DNA of 64,000 nt from Eledone cirrhosa (GCA_964016885.1 OZ024743.1:68572001-68636000), one strand, 5' to 3'; positions 28,721 through 43,777 are shown, numbered from the stretch's first letter. Notes: a model not told the origin generated them from the letters alone. Program-made: numbers and translations.

Positions 28721-30036
28721 TTACCTTTTAAGACCTATATGCGAGTAGGATTTGAAACCTTAGGTTGCATGCAACTACGGTGAGAATGTATTCATATTAA
28801 TATATATATATACGTATATATACATATAAATGTTTAGATTTTGATATAATAATTGTTTCTACTTTTTGACGCAAGGCCAGCAATTATCCCAATGTATTTC
28901 AATCCAGGTAAGCAGTTTTCTTGCTTAAGCATTCATTCCAGTTATATATAAACAAAACCTTATTTACCTTCACACACAAACACACACATATATATATATG
29001 TGTGTGTAGATATAGATATAGATATAGATATATATGTGTTTATGTCACGACGGGGACTCTAAAAGTTCCTCAGAAGTTAAAGGTTTTACGGGTGGTTGCA
29101 ATAAAAAACAAAATAAATAACAAACAAGACTACGTTACTGGTGATACAATAAAGTGAGGATGCAGGAACTATTGTTAAAATTTACGATTTAATGAAATCT
29201 TGATTTTGTTACATAATTAATTTATTTCCTCCAATGTTTAGTCTTTAGAAATTTACTACAACTAATTTGTTGATTATATGCGTCAAATTGTCCATGAATA
29301 CTGGGTAACTCAATCAATGAGAAAACATCGATCTGTGTTCATTGAATTCTAACTTATTGCAATCCATTTAGGTTTGAAGCCACTATAGCTGTTCTAGCAG
29401 AACATTTATGTCCGACACTTAGACTGATTAAATCATAAAAATTCTATTTTAATTTACATGAGTTTTACTTTATATTATTTTACTTTGTTCTATTTGTTTT
29501 GTGTTTAAAAATAATGCATAAATGTTTTGTAATTAATTTTATGTGAACATAACCCAAATTTCTATTATTAAATTCGTTTGATTTCGTTATATTCATTTAT
29601 CTGATGTGAAGGGTCTATTAAAAATTAATTAATTATATCATAATTTTCATGAGACAATTAGAAAGTCACACTGTCTACCTATTCCAAAATGTCTGATATT
29701 TAAGAGGAAATATTTTGATGAAATTTGCAACGATAATCTTCGCAGGTTACTTTGGCATTCGGAGGAAATGTTTTGTGTAACATAGAACGTTGCTGCTATG
29801 TTGTTCTATAGGAAAATATATTTCTTTGGATATATATATATATTCATGTATATATATATATATATTATTCGAAATATTAATAAATGAAGACGTTCACATA
29901 ATTAAAATATATGTTTTATTATATATATTTCGGAGGTACTGTGGTGTTTATTCAGTACGTCCTCGTCAGATAAAATACATGAATTGATGTATGATATAAC
30001 TCAACTGTCTTGATGATTCAATTCCAGTATTGGCAG

Positions 30037-30170
<134 letters not shown>

Positions 30171-30205
30171 TTATATATATTTATATATATATATATATAT
30201 ATACA

Positions 30206-30273
<68 letters not shown>

Positions 30274-30382
30274 CTAATAATAATAATTTGAAGACTAAAA
30301 TCCAAAGAGGGCTCGATAAGGATAAATATATATCAAATATATAAGAACCGTAGAGCAAATATTTTAAATTAATATATAAATA

Positions 30383-30556
<174 letters not shown>

Positions 30557-30724
30557 CCTACTATTAGTAGCTATACACCGACTGAATATGACTTGGTGCA
30601 TCACCTTTTTTCCTACGGGTTACACTACGTTCTCTCGTCACAACCACTATCATACTTGCACACAAAATATAGTGTTCTTAGAAATTGATCCATCATTATC
30701 TCCTATCCTCTTTTTTTTTTTTTC

Positions 30725-31730
30725 AATGACCTGAAGGTGTATAGGCTGAACATGAGAACATGAACACCATCAAAAAGTATTTGGATCTCATTGTACAGTT
30801 TTCTGGTAGACCATGATATGGAATATAGTGGGTACATATTTGACAATAAAACTTGGAAATGTTCAGCTCTTTTCTTAAAATTTGACAGGAACAGCTTGAC
30901 ATTAAAATCTCTGCACTCACGTGACAACTATGGGCATCTTGGACAAGATGAGAAAGTTAGTTATGATTGATCCATGTATAAGGTGAGGACTAGGTATGAA
31001 TATCTCAGGAAAGTAAAGAGAATATGTTTAACAGAACAGTCAACATGTAGCCAATACAACTATTGTTGTACTCATTCTAATGCCAGCATTTAGCTCGCTG
31101 AAATGGTTATGGTAAGATTTAAACGAAATAGATGTAAGGATTTGCAAGCTGCTGATGGTTACTGGAAATTGTTACATTAATTCTGCCTTGGATAGATTAT
31201 CTTTCCCAGGCCAGGAGGGTGGCATGGGCCAAAATCTATATTAACATCATAAGAGTCCCGGATAGTAACACTGAATCAACGTTTTCAACGGAGGAAAAAG
31301 GTCAATAGTCACCTTATCCAGGATTATGAGCATGAAAATGACAACATTATTTAGATAACCACTTAGTGGGTGGTGGATTGGCAGTATCGGTAGAGGGTCG
31401 GACGCCATGCTTTCTAGCATAGTTACGTCCCTTTACGATTTGAGTTCAAATCCCGCCGAGGTTGATTTTGCCTTTCATCCTTACGGGGTCGATAAAATAA
31501 AGTACCAGTAATGCACTGGGTAATTGCTGGCCTTGTGCCTAAAGTAGAAACAATTATTTAGATAACCACCAACCTTAAGGTGAGACATCAAATAAAAGCT
31601 GAAACTAATTTCTCTGTCAGGAACATTGGAAGACTCTAATAAATGCTAGAACAAATTAAATAAAATAGTCTAGTTCATTAAAAATGTTGTACATGGACAA
31701 TTGAGCCGAAAGACGCAGATCTTCTTATAA
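30725..31730 (+). mobile_element. Decayed R4/Dong-type LINE RT fragment, interrupted by a SINE
   Basis: DLKVY; KW..DLNEIDVRICKLLMVTGNCYINSALDRLSFPGQEGGMG, matching the DRLY.PR..GGRG pattern; HGQ. Confidence 0.7.
31368..31558 (+). mobile_element. Full-length SINE with TSD
   Basis: TSD attatttagataaccac at 31346-31362 and 31553-31569. Confidence 0.92.
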
Positions 31731-31742
31731 CATATTATTATT

Positions 31743-32100
31743 TGCAGTATCGGTAGAGGGTCGGACGGCATGCTTTGACGCATAGAGTTACGGTTTTTGC
31801 CATTCTGAGTTCAAACCCCGCCGTGGTTAACTTTGCCTTTCATCCTTACGGGGTCGATAACATAAAGTACCAGTAATACAGTGGGTAATTGCTGGCCTTG
31901 TGCCAAAAGTGGAAACAATTATTTGCAGTATCGGGTCGGACGCCATGCTTTGCAGCAAAGCGTTACGGCCATTTATGGTCTGAGATCAAATCCCGCCGAG
32001 GTTAACTTTGCCTTTCATCGTCACGGGATCGATAAAATGAAGTACCAGTAATACACTGGGGTAATTACTGGCCTTGTGCCAAAAGTAGAAACAATTATTA
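31743..32100 (+). mobile_element. Two tandem SINE copies
   Basis: 31743-31921 and 31922-32100, both starting ttgcagtatcgg. Confidence 0.9.
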
Positions 32101-32211
32101 TAACCGCAGTTAGTATAACCTCTTATTATAACCGCAGATATACAATCACTGATTACGACTTTCCCATAATTTTTATTCTTAAACACTTGAATCCGTGCCG
32201 CCAATAATATT

Positions 32212-32420
32212 TTTTAACCTTAGACATAAAAGCAGAAATTTAAGGTGAACAGGAAATTGATAATATCGGCCCCATTATTTGACAGTTACTTTGTTTTATC
32301 AACTCCCAAAAGATACAAAAAACGATAAAGTTGGCATTGCCGAGATTTGAACACAGATCGTAAACGAATATTGCAAATCAAATCTATAAGACGACCTAAC
32401 AACTCTACCAATCTATAGCT
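32212..32420 (-). mobile_element. Old diverged SINE
   Basis: ccgagatttgaacacagatcgtaa and ctctaccaatc match the SINE reverse complement. Confidence 0.65.
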
Positions 32421-33032
32421 CGCCTACCGACAATTATGGCAGCATACATGTTAAATGTATTTAACTTTTGTAGTCCAGGTTTGACATGTCAATATATACT
32501 AGGTTCACCGGATATATGAGCACTTATACAAACTGGTGAATTTGCTCATTGAAAAATTAATGGCCTGTATCAGGGAAACCCCATAATTTATGCTGATTAA
32601 TGACACGTGGAAGTGATTAAAGTTAAAAATGATATTTTAATAATGTATTTCTAGGATATAATTACATAAATGTTCAGTATATATGTACAAATGACATACA
32701 AGTTTAAATGTATGAGTACATTTTGAGAAGTAGCTATTTGCAGGGACGAATTTAGAACCATGATAGTTGTGATTGGAAAACTTTTTGTACCAACATTACT
32801 AAGATATGAAATACATTCTGAGAATATGTGTGCATGTGTGTGTGTGTATGCATGTGTGTGTGTGTTTATATATACGTGTGTGTGTGTGTGTGTGTGTATG
32901 TATGTTTGTGTTAGTGTGTATGTCTGTGTTAGTGTGTATGTGTGGTGTGTGTGTATGAGGAAGGCTTAAATTGTAGAGAGATTCAGTTGGATATATATGT
33001 GTGTATTTGTGAGTTTTATATCGAATAATAAT

Positions 33033-33452
33033 GGTTTCTTATATAGGCACAAGGCCAGTAATTTTTTTGGTGGGGGAGAAAGTCGATTAAATCGATACCA
33101 GTGCGTGAATGGTACTTTATTTTATCAACCCCGTAAGGATAAAAGGCACAGTTAACCTCGGTGGGATTTAAACACAGAACAGGAGGGCACGTAACTATAT
33201 GCCGCGAAGCATGTTGTCCGACTCTCTACCGATACTGCCAATCCACCCTTTTATATCGAATAATAATTATTTTTACTTTTGGCACAAGGCCAGCAATTAT
33301 CCCAGTGCATTATTGGTACTATATTTTATCGGTCTCGTAAGGATGAAAGGCAAAGTCAACCTCGGCGGGATTTGAACTCAGATCATAAACGGGCGTAACT
33401 CTAAGCTGGAAAGCTTGGCGTCCGAGCCTTTACCGATATTGCCAATCCACCA
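33033..33452 (-). mobile_element. Two adjacent SINE copies
   Basis: 33033-33248 (TSD ttttatatcgaataataat at 33014-33032 and 33249-33267) and 33266-33452. Confidence 0.9.
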
Positions 33453-33673
33453 TTCGATTCGGTTGCATACAAACAGTCACATTTCGCCATGTTTTTAGCT
33501 GAACATAGCCATCATCCTGTTTTGGTGGTAGAACAAAAGAATGGACATAGTAATGAGTCTGTTTGCTTGCAAACAAATCGAATATTGTTTTTTTCGATAT
33601 AAAATTCCCGAATACATTTATGTATCCGCAATGTTATAGCGAAAAACCAAGATACTAATTTTGTTTTTACATA

Positions 33674-33756
<83 letters not shown>

Positions 33757-33789
33757 TTATATATGTATATATATATATATATATATATG

Positions 33790-33992
33790 TTAACCTTGGC
33801 CTTCCTCTTCTAGTGTGTCCATGTAGGGGCTCCTAAAGGAGCACTGAGTGCAATGTTAACTCTGGATGTCGGTAAGCATGTCCAGCTAACCTCAGTCTCC
33901 TCTGTTGGAGACGCAGGACATGGCAGCGATAAAGAGGGACAGAGATTGCTGGAGTGAACTCGTCCATGGATCTCGGGAATTTTACCCGCCTT

Positions 33993-33993
<1 letters not shown>
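33790..33993. mobile_element. RTE LINE 3' end with 5' inversion
   Basis: Minus 33790-33912 encodes [23 protein letters not shown]; plus 33913-33993 encodes DMAAIKRDRDCWSELV, then (TA)n. Confidence 0.75.
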
Positions 33994-34347
<354 letters not shown>

Positions 34348-34532
34348 CATTAAAGATACTAATTATAGCTATGTATATATTATACTATAAACATCTATAA
34401 ACAGGGAAGGTCAGTAATTTATTACTACCTTATTACCAGTAACATAATAGCTCAATGTAAGCACCACAGTTGTTTTACAGAACAGTAATATTGAATTCAC
34501 AAGAATCAAAGTTATGTTTAAAACATTTATTC

Positions 34533-34577
34533 GCTGACAATTGTTTCTTCCAAACCTAGGCATGGATTCTTCGGAGC
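34533..34577 (-). ncRNA. Hammerhead, U4C variant
   Basis: gct-CCGAAGA-atcca tgcctaggtt tggaa-GAAAC-AATT-GTC-agc. Confidence 0.75.
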
Positions 34578-35974
34578 ATTTCTAATGCTTGTACACACAA
34601 TAGTTGACCTACCAGTCAACCGAAGAAGCATACAGATACATATATATATATATATTGATGTTGAGTAACAGTTTGGAATTGATGCGACATATGATATATT
34701 ATACAATATTTGTACAATAATTCAAATTAAGATTAAATTTAAAAACAAAGTCAAAAGGATAGGTAGGAATACATGAGACAGATAATACAGATAATTCAAG
34801 AGAACAGTCTAATAATTAAATCAAAGAGATAGTATATGCGTTAGTCATATACAGGGATGGAACAAGCAAATGTATTATGTGTATATGAGTACTGTATGGC
34901 AAGGTATTCCATGAGATACAAGCACTTTAAGCAAGTGTGTTAGTGGACTATAGTGGTTGTATTGCGATATTTTCTGTATAGTTCAAATTTTTATGTGTGT
35001 AGAAGAAGGAGGTTACAGTTTTCACATCCATCACATAAGTTACGATACATTTGCATTGAATGTTTGTTATAGTACTGGATTGTGATGTATTGTAACTTAG
35101 AGGTATTTATTCCATATTTATAGAATAGGGTCCTTCAGCTGCGGGAATTTGCAGCGGTTTAATATCCGGAAGTGGATATCTAATTAAGGGGAGCTAATGC
35201 GCAAGGGGAGGTAACTAGCTCATTATAATAAATAATAATTAAATTCATTGCTCTAATAGACATTATATGGTGCCTCAATATAGTCCCTCATATAAAAAGA
35301 TATATATTTAATTTTAAATACAGTTTACTCTCTCATAATATATTAATAGAAAGTCGTCCACCCAATATTATATGGTGCCATAATTGAATTTCCCATACAA
35401 AGTGCTATATATTTATATCAAATTAACCTTAAATACAGTCTATTCTCAAAACATATTAAAGGTCCAATTAGATTTTTGTCTACCCAACATTTGGTAAGCT
35501 ATGGAGTAACTTACAGCTGTTTGCATGATAAATTAGATGCATCTCTTGAGTGAATAAATTCATCCTCCATATACTATACTATTCACCTATACATTTAATT
35601 ATAAATCATTGTTCCATATTACAAATAAGTTATACAAACCCCTTATGTTGATAAATTAATCCTACACATATAATGTTATTAGTCTATACATTTAATTGTA
35701 AATGCATATATTATTCCTTGTTGCATTTAATATTTAAAGATTGTATAACCTGTATTATATTTCAATCACTATATAATTATAAGTGATCTAAAGTAATTAT
35801 ATTAGAAGGTGGTGATTATAAGGATATTTCCAGAGTACAACGTATTAGATGAGATGAAATGATTTGTGTAGAGGAAAGGGTGGATCAGAGTGTGTGATGT
35901 AGTGGTGGAATGTAAAACCTAGAGGTCAAGTGCTAGTGGTGGTGATGAGTTCAAATCTGACATTGTTATATACT

Positions 35975-36850
35975 AGGTTTAAAGATTTGCAAAGAGTGTC
36001 GGAGGCAGTGTTGGCACGATGCAAACACTCTGATTTTTTATTAAGGAGATTTGGATTCGAAAAGAATATAGTATGGGTCTCTAGTAGACAGAGGTTACAA
36101 AATTTATTAGGTGGTTTATACGATGCAGCCCTACCCACAATTTCTTATTGAAGTGTATATGTTCTATTCCTAGTTTTCAGATAGTGTATATAGCTAGATA
36201 GTGAAGTGGAGTTGTCTAGATTGTGTTTTTTGAAAGAATGGATGTGTGAGTTGTATCTCATCTTGAAGCAGTTCGAAGTAGAGCCTATATAGGTTTCAGA
36301 AGAGTTGTTGGTGTTGACCGTGCATGTGTAAATGATGTCCTTGATTAAGTAGTTGTTACCTAACGTGCAGGTTCTATTTGATCTACAGTTACATTTATTT
36401 TGGATGTTATCTTGTCGGTTATTATGTTGTGTGGAGGTCCGGTTGCTAGGTATTGCATTAGGGTTATGATGGTTGTCGTTCCTAATGTTATCGATTTCGT
36501 TAGTGTTATTACTATTATTACTATTATTATTAAGGTTTGTAGTTATTATGTTGCTTTGAAAGTTTACCCCCTGCTGCGTTTCAGTTTGTTGAAAATAAGT
36601 ATTAATCTTTCTTTTATTACTACCAGCTATATGGTATGCTATGTTAGGTGTGGTGAGTAGGAGATTTTAATGGTGTTTTTATTTATAAGATTATGGTACT
36701 TGCGTCCAGACGGGAAGTTTTTATCCACGATTGATAAGAAAGCCTTATGTAAGTTGGTAGAGACGTTTAGATTGAAAAATGTATTAGTACTTCTATTTTT
36801 GTTTTTTATAATTATTGAGGTATTTCTGTTTATAGTATTTAGGTGTCTAC
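35975..36850 (-). pseudogene. Naiad-type linker + GIY-YIG endonuclease
   Basis: NVSTNLHKAFLSIVDKNFP..NKNTIKISYS; CNCRSNRTC; IIYTCTV..YIGSTSNCFKMRYNSH..STSLSSYI..CNLCLLE..LLNKKSE. Confidence 0.88.
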
Positions 36851-38288
36851 CTCTGGTGCCTCCGACACTCTTTCCAAAACTTTAAACCTAGTATATAACA
36901 ATGTCAGATTTGAACTCATCACCACCACTAGCACTTCACCTCTAGGTTTTACCTCCCACCACTACATCACACTCTCTGATCCACTCTTTCCTCTACACAA
37001 ATCATTTCATCTTATCTACAACGTTGTAGTCTGGATATATCCTTATAATCACCACCTTCTAATATAATTACTTTAGATCACTTATAATTATATAGTGATT
37101 GAAATATAATAAAGGTTATATAATCTTTAAATATTAAATGCAACAAGGAATAATATATGCATTTACAATTAAATGTATAGACTAATAACATTATATGTAT
37201 AGGATTAATTTATAACATAAAGGGTTTGGATAAATTATTTGTAATATGGAACAATGATTTATAATTAAATGTATAGATTAATAGCATAGTATATGGAGGA
37301 TGAATTTATTCACTCAAGAGATGCATCTAATTTATCATGCAAACAGCTGTAAGTAACTCCATAGCTTACCAAATGTTGGGTAGACAAAAATCTAATTGGA
37401 CCTTTAATATGTTTTGAGAATAGACTGTATTTAAGGTTAATTTGATATAAATATATAGCACTTTGTATGGGAAATTCAATTATGGCACTATATAATATTG
37501 GGTGGACAACATTCTATTAATATATTATGAGAGAGTAAACTGTATTTAAAATTAAATATAAATATATAACTTTTTATATGAAGGACTATATTGAGGCAAC
37601 ATATAATGTCTATTAGGGCAATGAATTTAATTATTATTTATTATAATGAGCTAATTTCCTCCCCTTGCGCATTATCTCCCCTTAAATACATATCCAGTTC
37701 CGGATATTAAACCGCTGTAAATTCCCGCAGCTGAAGAACCCTATTCTATAAATATGGAACAAATACCTCTAAGTTACAATACATCATAATCCAGTACTAT
37801 AACAAACATTCAATGCAAATGTATCGTAACTTATGTGATGGATGTGAAAACTGTAACCTTCTTCTACACACATAAACATTTGAACTATACAGAAAATATC
37901 GCAATACAACCACTATAGTCCACTAACACACTTGCTTAAAGTGCTTGTATCTCATGTAATACCTTGCCATACAGTACTCATATACACACAATACATTTGC
38001 TTGTTCCATCCCTGTATATGAATAACGCATATACTATCTCTTTGATTTAAATATTAGACTGTTCTCTTGAATTATCTGTATTATATGTCGCATGTATTCC
38101 TACCTATCCTTTTGACCTTGTTTTTAAATTTAATCTTAATTTGAATTATTGTACAAATATTGTATAATATATTATATGTCGCATCAATTCCAAACTGTTA
38201 CTCAACATCAATATATATATATATATGTATCTGTATGCTTCTACGGTTGACTGGGAGGTCAACTATTGTATGTACAAACATTATAAAT

Positions 38289-38333
38289 GCTCCGAAGAAT
38301 CCATGCCTAGGTTTGGAAGAAACAATTGTCAGC
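38289..38333 (+). ncRNA. Hammerhead, U4C variant (second arm)
   Basis: Same motif as 34533-34577. Confidence 0.75.
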
Positions 38334-38376
38334 GAATAAATGTTTTAAACATAACTTTGATTCTTGTGAATTCAAC

Positions 38377-38408
<32 letters not shown>

Positions 38409-38448
38409 GTACACACGCCAACGCCCGCACACGCTCTCACACGCACAT

Positions 38449-38619
<171 letters not shown>

Positions 38620-38742
38620 CGAAGACACATGACATACTATCATATTTGTTAATAGTAGCAATATAAGTGAAGTAGGAAATGCGTTGTATGTATGTGTATG
38701 TGAGTAAACTGTAAGGAGATACAGTCGCTTATACATATATAA

Positions 38743-38923
<181 letters not shown>

Positions 38924-39534
38924 TTATAATATACAAACACGACGTATTATTCTATTTGAGGATTTTAACATTATGACAGGTAGGAAATGCATTGTGTATA
39001 TGTCTGTCTATGTTTATATATTTGTGTAAAGTGTAAAGTGTGTTGCATCCGGATATATATATATATATATATATAGGCACACATGATGTGTTATCATAGT
39101 TAACACTCAGCTAGTATTTGTTCTTTGCTTTCAGTTTTGGTCTCTTTCACATGGCCCTTCCTATCATAACGTTGCTACAACTTATTCCTCAATAAGTTTA
39201 GCTGGCCTCCAAGGTATGTACATCTGATGAGATGTTCTCGCTCGTTCTGATGATCGTACCCCTGGTCCTATCAAAAAACATCTCTCCCTAGTCTATTGCA
39301 AAGGTTTACCCTTGCGGTTGCTGCTAGTAATTGTTTCAGTTGAGTCGACTGTAGTAACGTGAAATCGAACGACTTACTCAAAGACGTCCGGAGATAGCCA
39401 ATCTAGGTAGAGAACTCACGATTGTTCTACAAAAATTATAGCACGCTCTGCCTAATGTTGGTGAAACCATCGCTTTATGGACACATTGAGTTATCACAAC
39501 TTTAGCGGTCCCAGAATAAACGGGTCGAAACCAA

Positions 39535-39886
39535 TATATATATGAATGTATGTATAATATATTTGTCAATATACCGTATGTTTAATTAAAAACAATTAGT
39601 AGACCATACGCTATCGGTTTATATCGGTTTTCGGCGAAAGAAGGGAGGAGAGAAGCTAACAGCCTGTTTCACGCTGGTTGGCGATCATCAGAGCCACGCA
39701 CACCCTGATTCCGCCGAAAATGATAGAAGCTGGATTCTTATAGAATTCCAGTAATAATCAAGAGCTGATTATACAGAGCGGTCTTCTAAATGTTTTTAAT
39801 TAAACATACGTTATATGCCAGATATACTATACATACATTCATGTATACATCGCTATCTCAGATTCAGGGCACCAATCCTATTACAA
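39535..39886. mobile_element. Fold-back element with an internal HHR
   Basis: Inverted termini ~39541-39606 / 39780-39845. Confidence 0.65.
39654..39695 (-). ncRNA. Hammerhead, canonical core
   Basis: Minus strand reads ggct-CTGATGA-tcgc caacca gcgt-GAAAC-a ggc t-GTT-agct. Confidence 0.8.
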
Positions 39887-40109
39887 TATATATATATACG
39901 AACACACTGGCGTATTATGATGTTTGATAATTTCATAAACTATCTGAAATAGGATTTAGGTTACATGTATGCTTGTGTATGTCTGTTAATTGTTAACAGT
40001 TATAGACGCACATATATATAAATATTCAAAGACATTGTAATCCCTAGGTGATGCACCCTTTCATGACTGTATTTCTCTCTAGTTTACAGCTATCCATCCA
40101 AGGTCCAAT

Positions 40110-40431
40110 AGAAGTCATATTGCCTATTGTAGACCTAGCTACAAATCTAGGAACACCTTACATAAACATTCATTGGCTTCAGATATTTCCTTACACTATT
40201 TATATTTTAAAACCGTTTGTTCCTATGTCGATGTATTTTATGCGGCTTCTCATTGATGATAAATTACCTCTGCATTTCTCTTAACTTACTGCTATCGATC
40301 GTCTGTCAAACGGAAATCATATTGGTCATTGTAGACCTAGGTCACATCAATGACATCCTACCATTACCATCACTGCGGTTCAGATGATTCTTTACAACAA
40401 TCATATTTTCAAACCATTGGTTCCTATGTCT
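40110..40431 (+). repeat. Diverged ~200-bp-period duplication
   Basis: tcatattg..ttgtagacctag..ttcagat..tatttt.aaacc.tt.gttcctatgtc occurs twice. Confidence 0.7.
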
Positions 40432-40599
40432 AGCATTTGATATTGTCTTTTTAAATCACCATCAATTGAATCAGGAATATAATATATCATGTCAGACTAT
40501 GCCATAAGTTCAAGGTGTTGGATCGTTGTATAATGACATATTGGTGTCATGAATGTTTCTTTCAATTTCATGTATATTCTGTGTTCCTAGTAATATTTA

Positions 40600-40770
40600 G
40601 GGCAGTGGATCGGTAGAATCGTTAGAGCATCGCACACATTTCCTTATGGTGTTTCTCTACGGTTGTTTACATTCTGTCTTCATATCAAACCGCGGTCAAT
40701 TTCGTTTTTTATCTTTGAATGGACGATAAAATAAATTACCAGTCAAAGTGTGAGATCGATATAATCAATA
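40600..40770 (+). mobile_element. Old diverged SINE
   Basis: gtggatcggtagaatcgttagag..ccgcggtcaatttcg..cgataaaataaattaccagt. Confidence 0.65.
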
Positions 40771-40832
40771 AATCATGAGTACGATTGATAGCAATGATCA
40801 AACGTGTGGTTAGGGGAGTTCATGTTAATCAG

Positions 40833-41580
40833 TGTGTGAGGAAAGTTGGTGGTGATTATAGAGTGTGAGTGAAAGTGGTGGTGATGATGGAGTGTGAGTG
40901 AAGTTGATGGTGATGATGGAGTGTGAGTGAAGTTGATGGTAATGATGGAATTTGAGTGAAGTTTATGGTTGTGTGAAGCGTGAGGGAAATTGGTGGTGAT
41001 GATGGAGTGTGAGTGAAGTTGATGACAATGACGAAGTGTGAGTCAGCTTGATTTTTATGATGGAGAGTGAGTGACGATGATGGAAATATTTGAGCGTTAG
41101 TGAAGCTGTTGGAAATGATAGAGTGTGAGTGAAGTTGGTGGTTAGGATGATGTGTGAGTGACGTTAATGATAAGGGAGGTTGATGGTTAGGTTGGCGATG
41201 AGGTGTTAATTTTAAGTAGTGATGTTAGTGATGGTGATTACAGGATCGGAGTAATGTTGATGGTTAGTGATGGTGATGACGGAATGTAAGTGGGGTTGAT
41301 GGTTAACATGGTGAGTGAAGTGTTAATTTTAATGATGGATGACTAAGAATTGAGGTTAGTGATGGTGATGACTAAGTAGTGAGTTTGATGGCTTATGATC
41401 GTCTGAGAGTTATGGTACTTTTAATAATGGATAGTTAAGTAGGGATGTTAATGATGGTGATGGCGGAATATGAGTGAGGTTTATGGTTAGGATGGTGAGT
41501 GAGATATGTTAATTTTAATAATGGATGACTAAGTTGTGATGTTAATGATGGTGATGACGGAAGGTGATGGTGATGAGTAA
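40833..41580 (+). repeat. Minisatellite, ~29-bp unit (gtgtgagtgaagttgatggtgatgatgga), decaying into longer units
   Basis: Direct reading. Confidence 0.85.
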
Positions 41581-41835
41581 GGTTGATAGAGAAGATCGAC
41601 AATGATAATGCTGTTAGTTCTAAGAGTGAAAAAGAAGGCGGAGTGGGTGATTTTGATAAAGATGTCATTAGGAGAGAGGTAAAGAAGGCCGTGATAAATG
41701 TTAAATAGATTGTCACCTGAATCAGGTGTAACACCATAGATTAGTTCTGATAAATTGATGAGGGAAAATAGAGATTATATACTGGCAGGTCTCTGTTGAT
41801 ACGTTTTTCTGATTTTCTATTAGTTATTTATTGAA

Positions 41836-42079
41836 ACCATCATCATCATCATCATCATCACCATAATTATTTATCATAATCATCACCATCATCATCATCA
41901 TCATCATCATCATCATTATCATCATCCTCATCATCATCACCATCATCACATCGTCATTTATTATCATCACCATCACCATCACCATCGTCATCATCATTAA
42001 CATCCTCATTATTATGTTATCAGTATTATCATTATCAGCATTATTATTATCACTGTTTAAATCATAAACAGTATAGTCA

Positions 42080-42159
<80 letters not shown>

Positions 42160-42165
42160 TTACTA
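41836..42165. repeat. (CAT)n followed by (ACT)n microsatellites
   Basis: Direct reading. Confidence 0.95.
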
Positions 42166-42335
42166 TATTTCTTTTTAATTCATTGTAATGATGTGACATT
42201 AAATAATTTTAAAGAAACGTATAGCAGACATAAATTGATGAGAGTTATAAGACTGTAACTCACAGGGAGAGAATAAGAACACTATGGAACATAAATAAAA
42301 CTGCGTTATTGAATATACATACATACATAAATACT

Positions 42336-42426
<91 letters not shown>

Positions 42427-42500
42427 TATATATATATAATATATATATATATATAGTGACGAAACGTAAGTCAATTGCATGAACTCATAATCCTTTATTT

Positions 42501-42556
42501 ACTGCTATATATATTTCGATGATAGCCATTGAATGGCTATGACCTCATCAGGTAGT
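42501..42556 (-). ncRNA. Hammerhead, canonical core
   Basis: actac-CTGATGA-ggtcatagcc attcaat ggctatcatc-GAAA-tatata-TA-gcagt. Confidence 0.85.
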
Positions 42557-43187
42557 TACACAGTTCTTAGATATGCCAGCTCTGTGTTTATAGTGGTTGA
42601 TGGTATCAGAGCCTTGGGACATATGAGGTTTATGCTGGTTGACTTTTACATACACGCACACCTACCTCCTCAGACACTCACACATCTACACACTCAAATC
42701 CATACAGGTGTGTATATATATGCATGTATGTACGCACAAGCATATATATATATATATAAAATATATATATATACACAGAACATACATATATATAAAATAT
42801 ATATATATACATAAAATACACACATACATTAAATATATACACACATAAAACATACATATATATATATAAAATACACATACATATACATATATATATAAAA
42901 GATATACGTATATATACATACATATATATAAAATACACATATATACACATACAAAATATATATATATATATATACACATGATATATATATATATATACAT
43001 ATATATATAAAACCAGGTTCAATAAAACGTGGTTTTGATGACTCCTAACCAGTAGAGGATCCGGTGGACCATCCACCATAAGGACCACAAACTATGGGTG
43101 GTTGTTGTTGTTCATTGGTCACTGGTACGGGGTGTAGGGCACTACATGGGAAGGGGGGGGGGCGTTGTGAGAGGCCGTAACCGGGGT

Positions 43188-43620
43188 TTATCCATATAGC
43201 TTGAGGAAAGTTCCCTTCCTTTGGTGTCAGCAGGCACCGTATAAGTCGGCCCTTCTATTTAATAGCTTGGTTCCGCTATGAAGAATCTCGAGTGTCTCAC
43301 TAAGACAGAGGTTGCAAATACCAGACCCGCCTCTGTCTGGGGGAACCTTTCTAACCACGGACCAGACTAGAGAGTGTGGGGTCTTTTCAAGTTTAAGCTT
43401 CCAGATCAATCCAGAAAGGGCCGTACATTTCCTCTTATCTATGCTGTTAAAGGAATGGTGATGGTTATACCACTGACCTTTGAAGCTCGTCGCTGTGGAT
43501 CCTATGTAGTGGTGCTCCGAGTTAGGGGTTGAGACCTTGCACCTCTAGACTACGTTTTTCGTCATGCATTCATTACTAAGGGGCATAGTGATGGGTCTCA
43601 GCAATTACATGACTTATTAG
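43188..43620 (-). pseudogene. Naiad-type GIY-YIG endonuclease
   Basis: CNC*DPSLCPLSNEC..NVV*RCKV..YIGSTATSFKGQWYNH..TALSGLIWKLK..CNLCLSE..LLNRRAD..C*H. Confidence 0.88.
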
Positions 43621-43777
43621 CCCCACCACATGTACCGCCTGGTTACCATCACTCGGGGTTCGCTGGGTAGCCTCCGCAATCAGCACAAGGTCGTTGGGTT
43701 CCGGTGTGCTAGTTGGGCCAGTCCGGGTTCCGTTAAGTCCCGCATGCTGGTTCTGTTATATTTATATATATATATAT

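Larger units (their letters stand above)
42456..43756 (-). mobile_element. 5'-truncated Naiad-type PLE
   Basis: GIY-YIG remnant at 43188-43620, 3' region, HHR at 42501-42556, (TA)n flanks. Confidence 0.85.

Noticed and set aside
29044-29075. Mariner-like TIR (cacgacggggactctaaaagttcc)
   Set aside because: No matching second TIR or transposase found.
39220-39290. Two CTGATGA motifs
   Set aside because: No properly placed GAAA, stem III or stem I.
43227-43600. In-frame TGA codons in a Naiad nuclease as selenocysteine
   Set aside because: Both TGAs sit at Arg positions (CNCR, CRH), consistent with CGA>TGA decay. A TAG also breaks the frame, and I could not see a SECIS.
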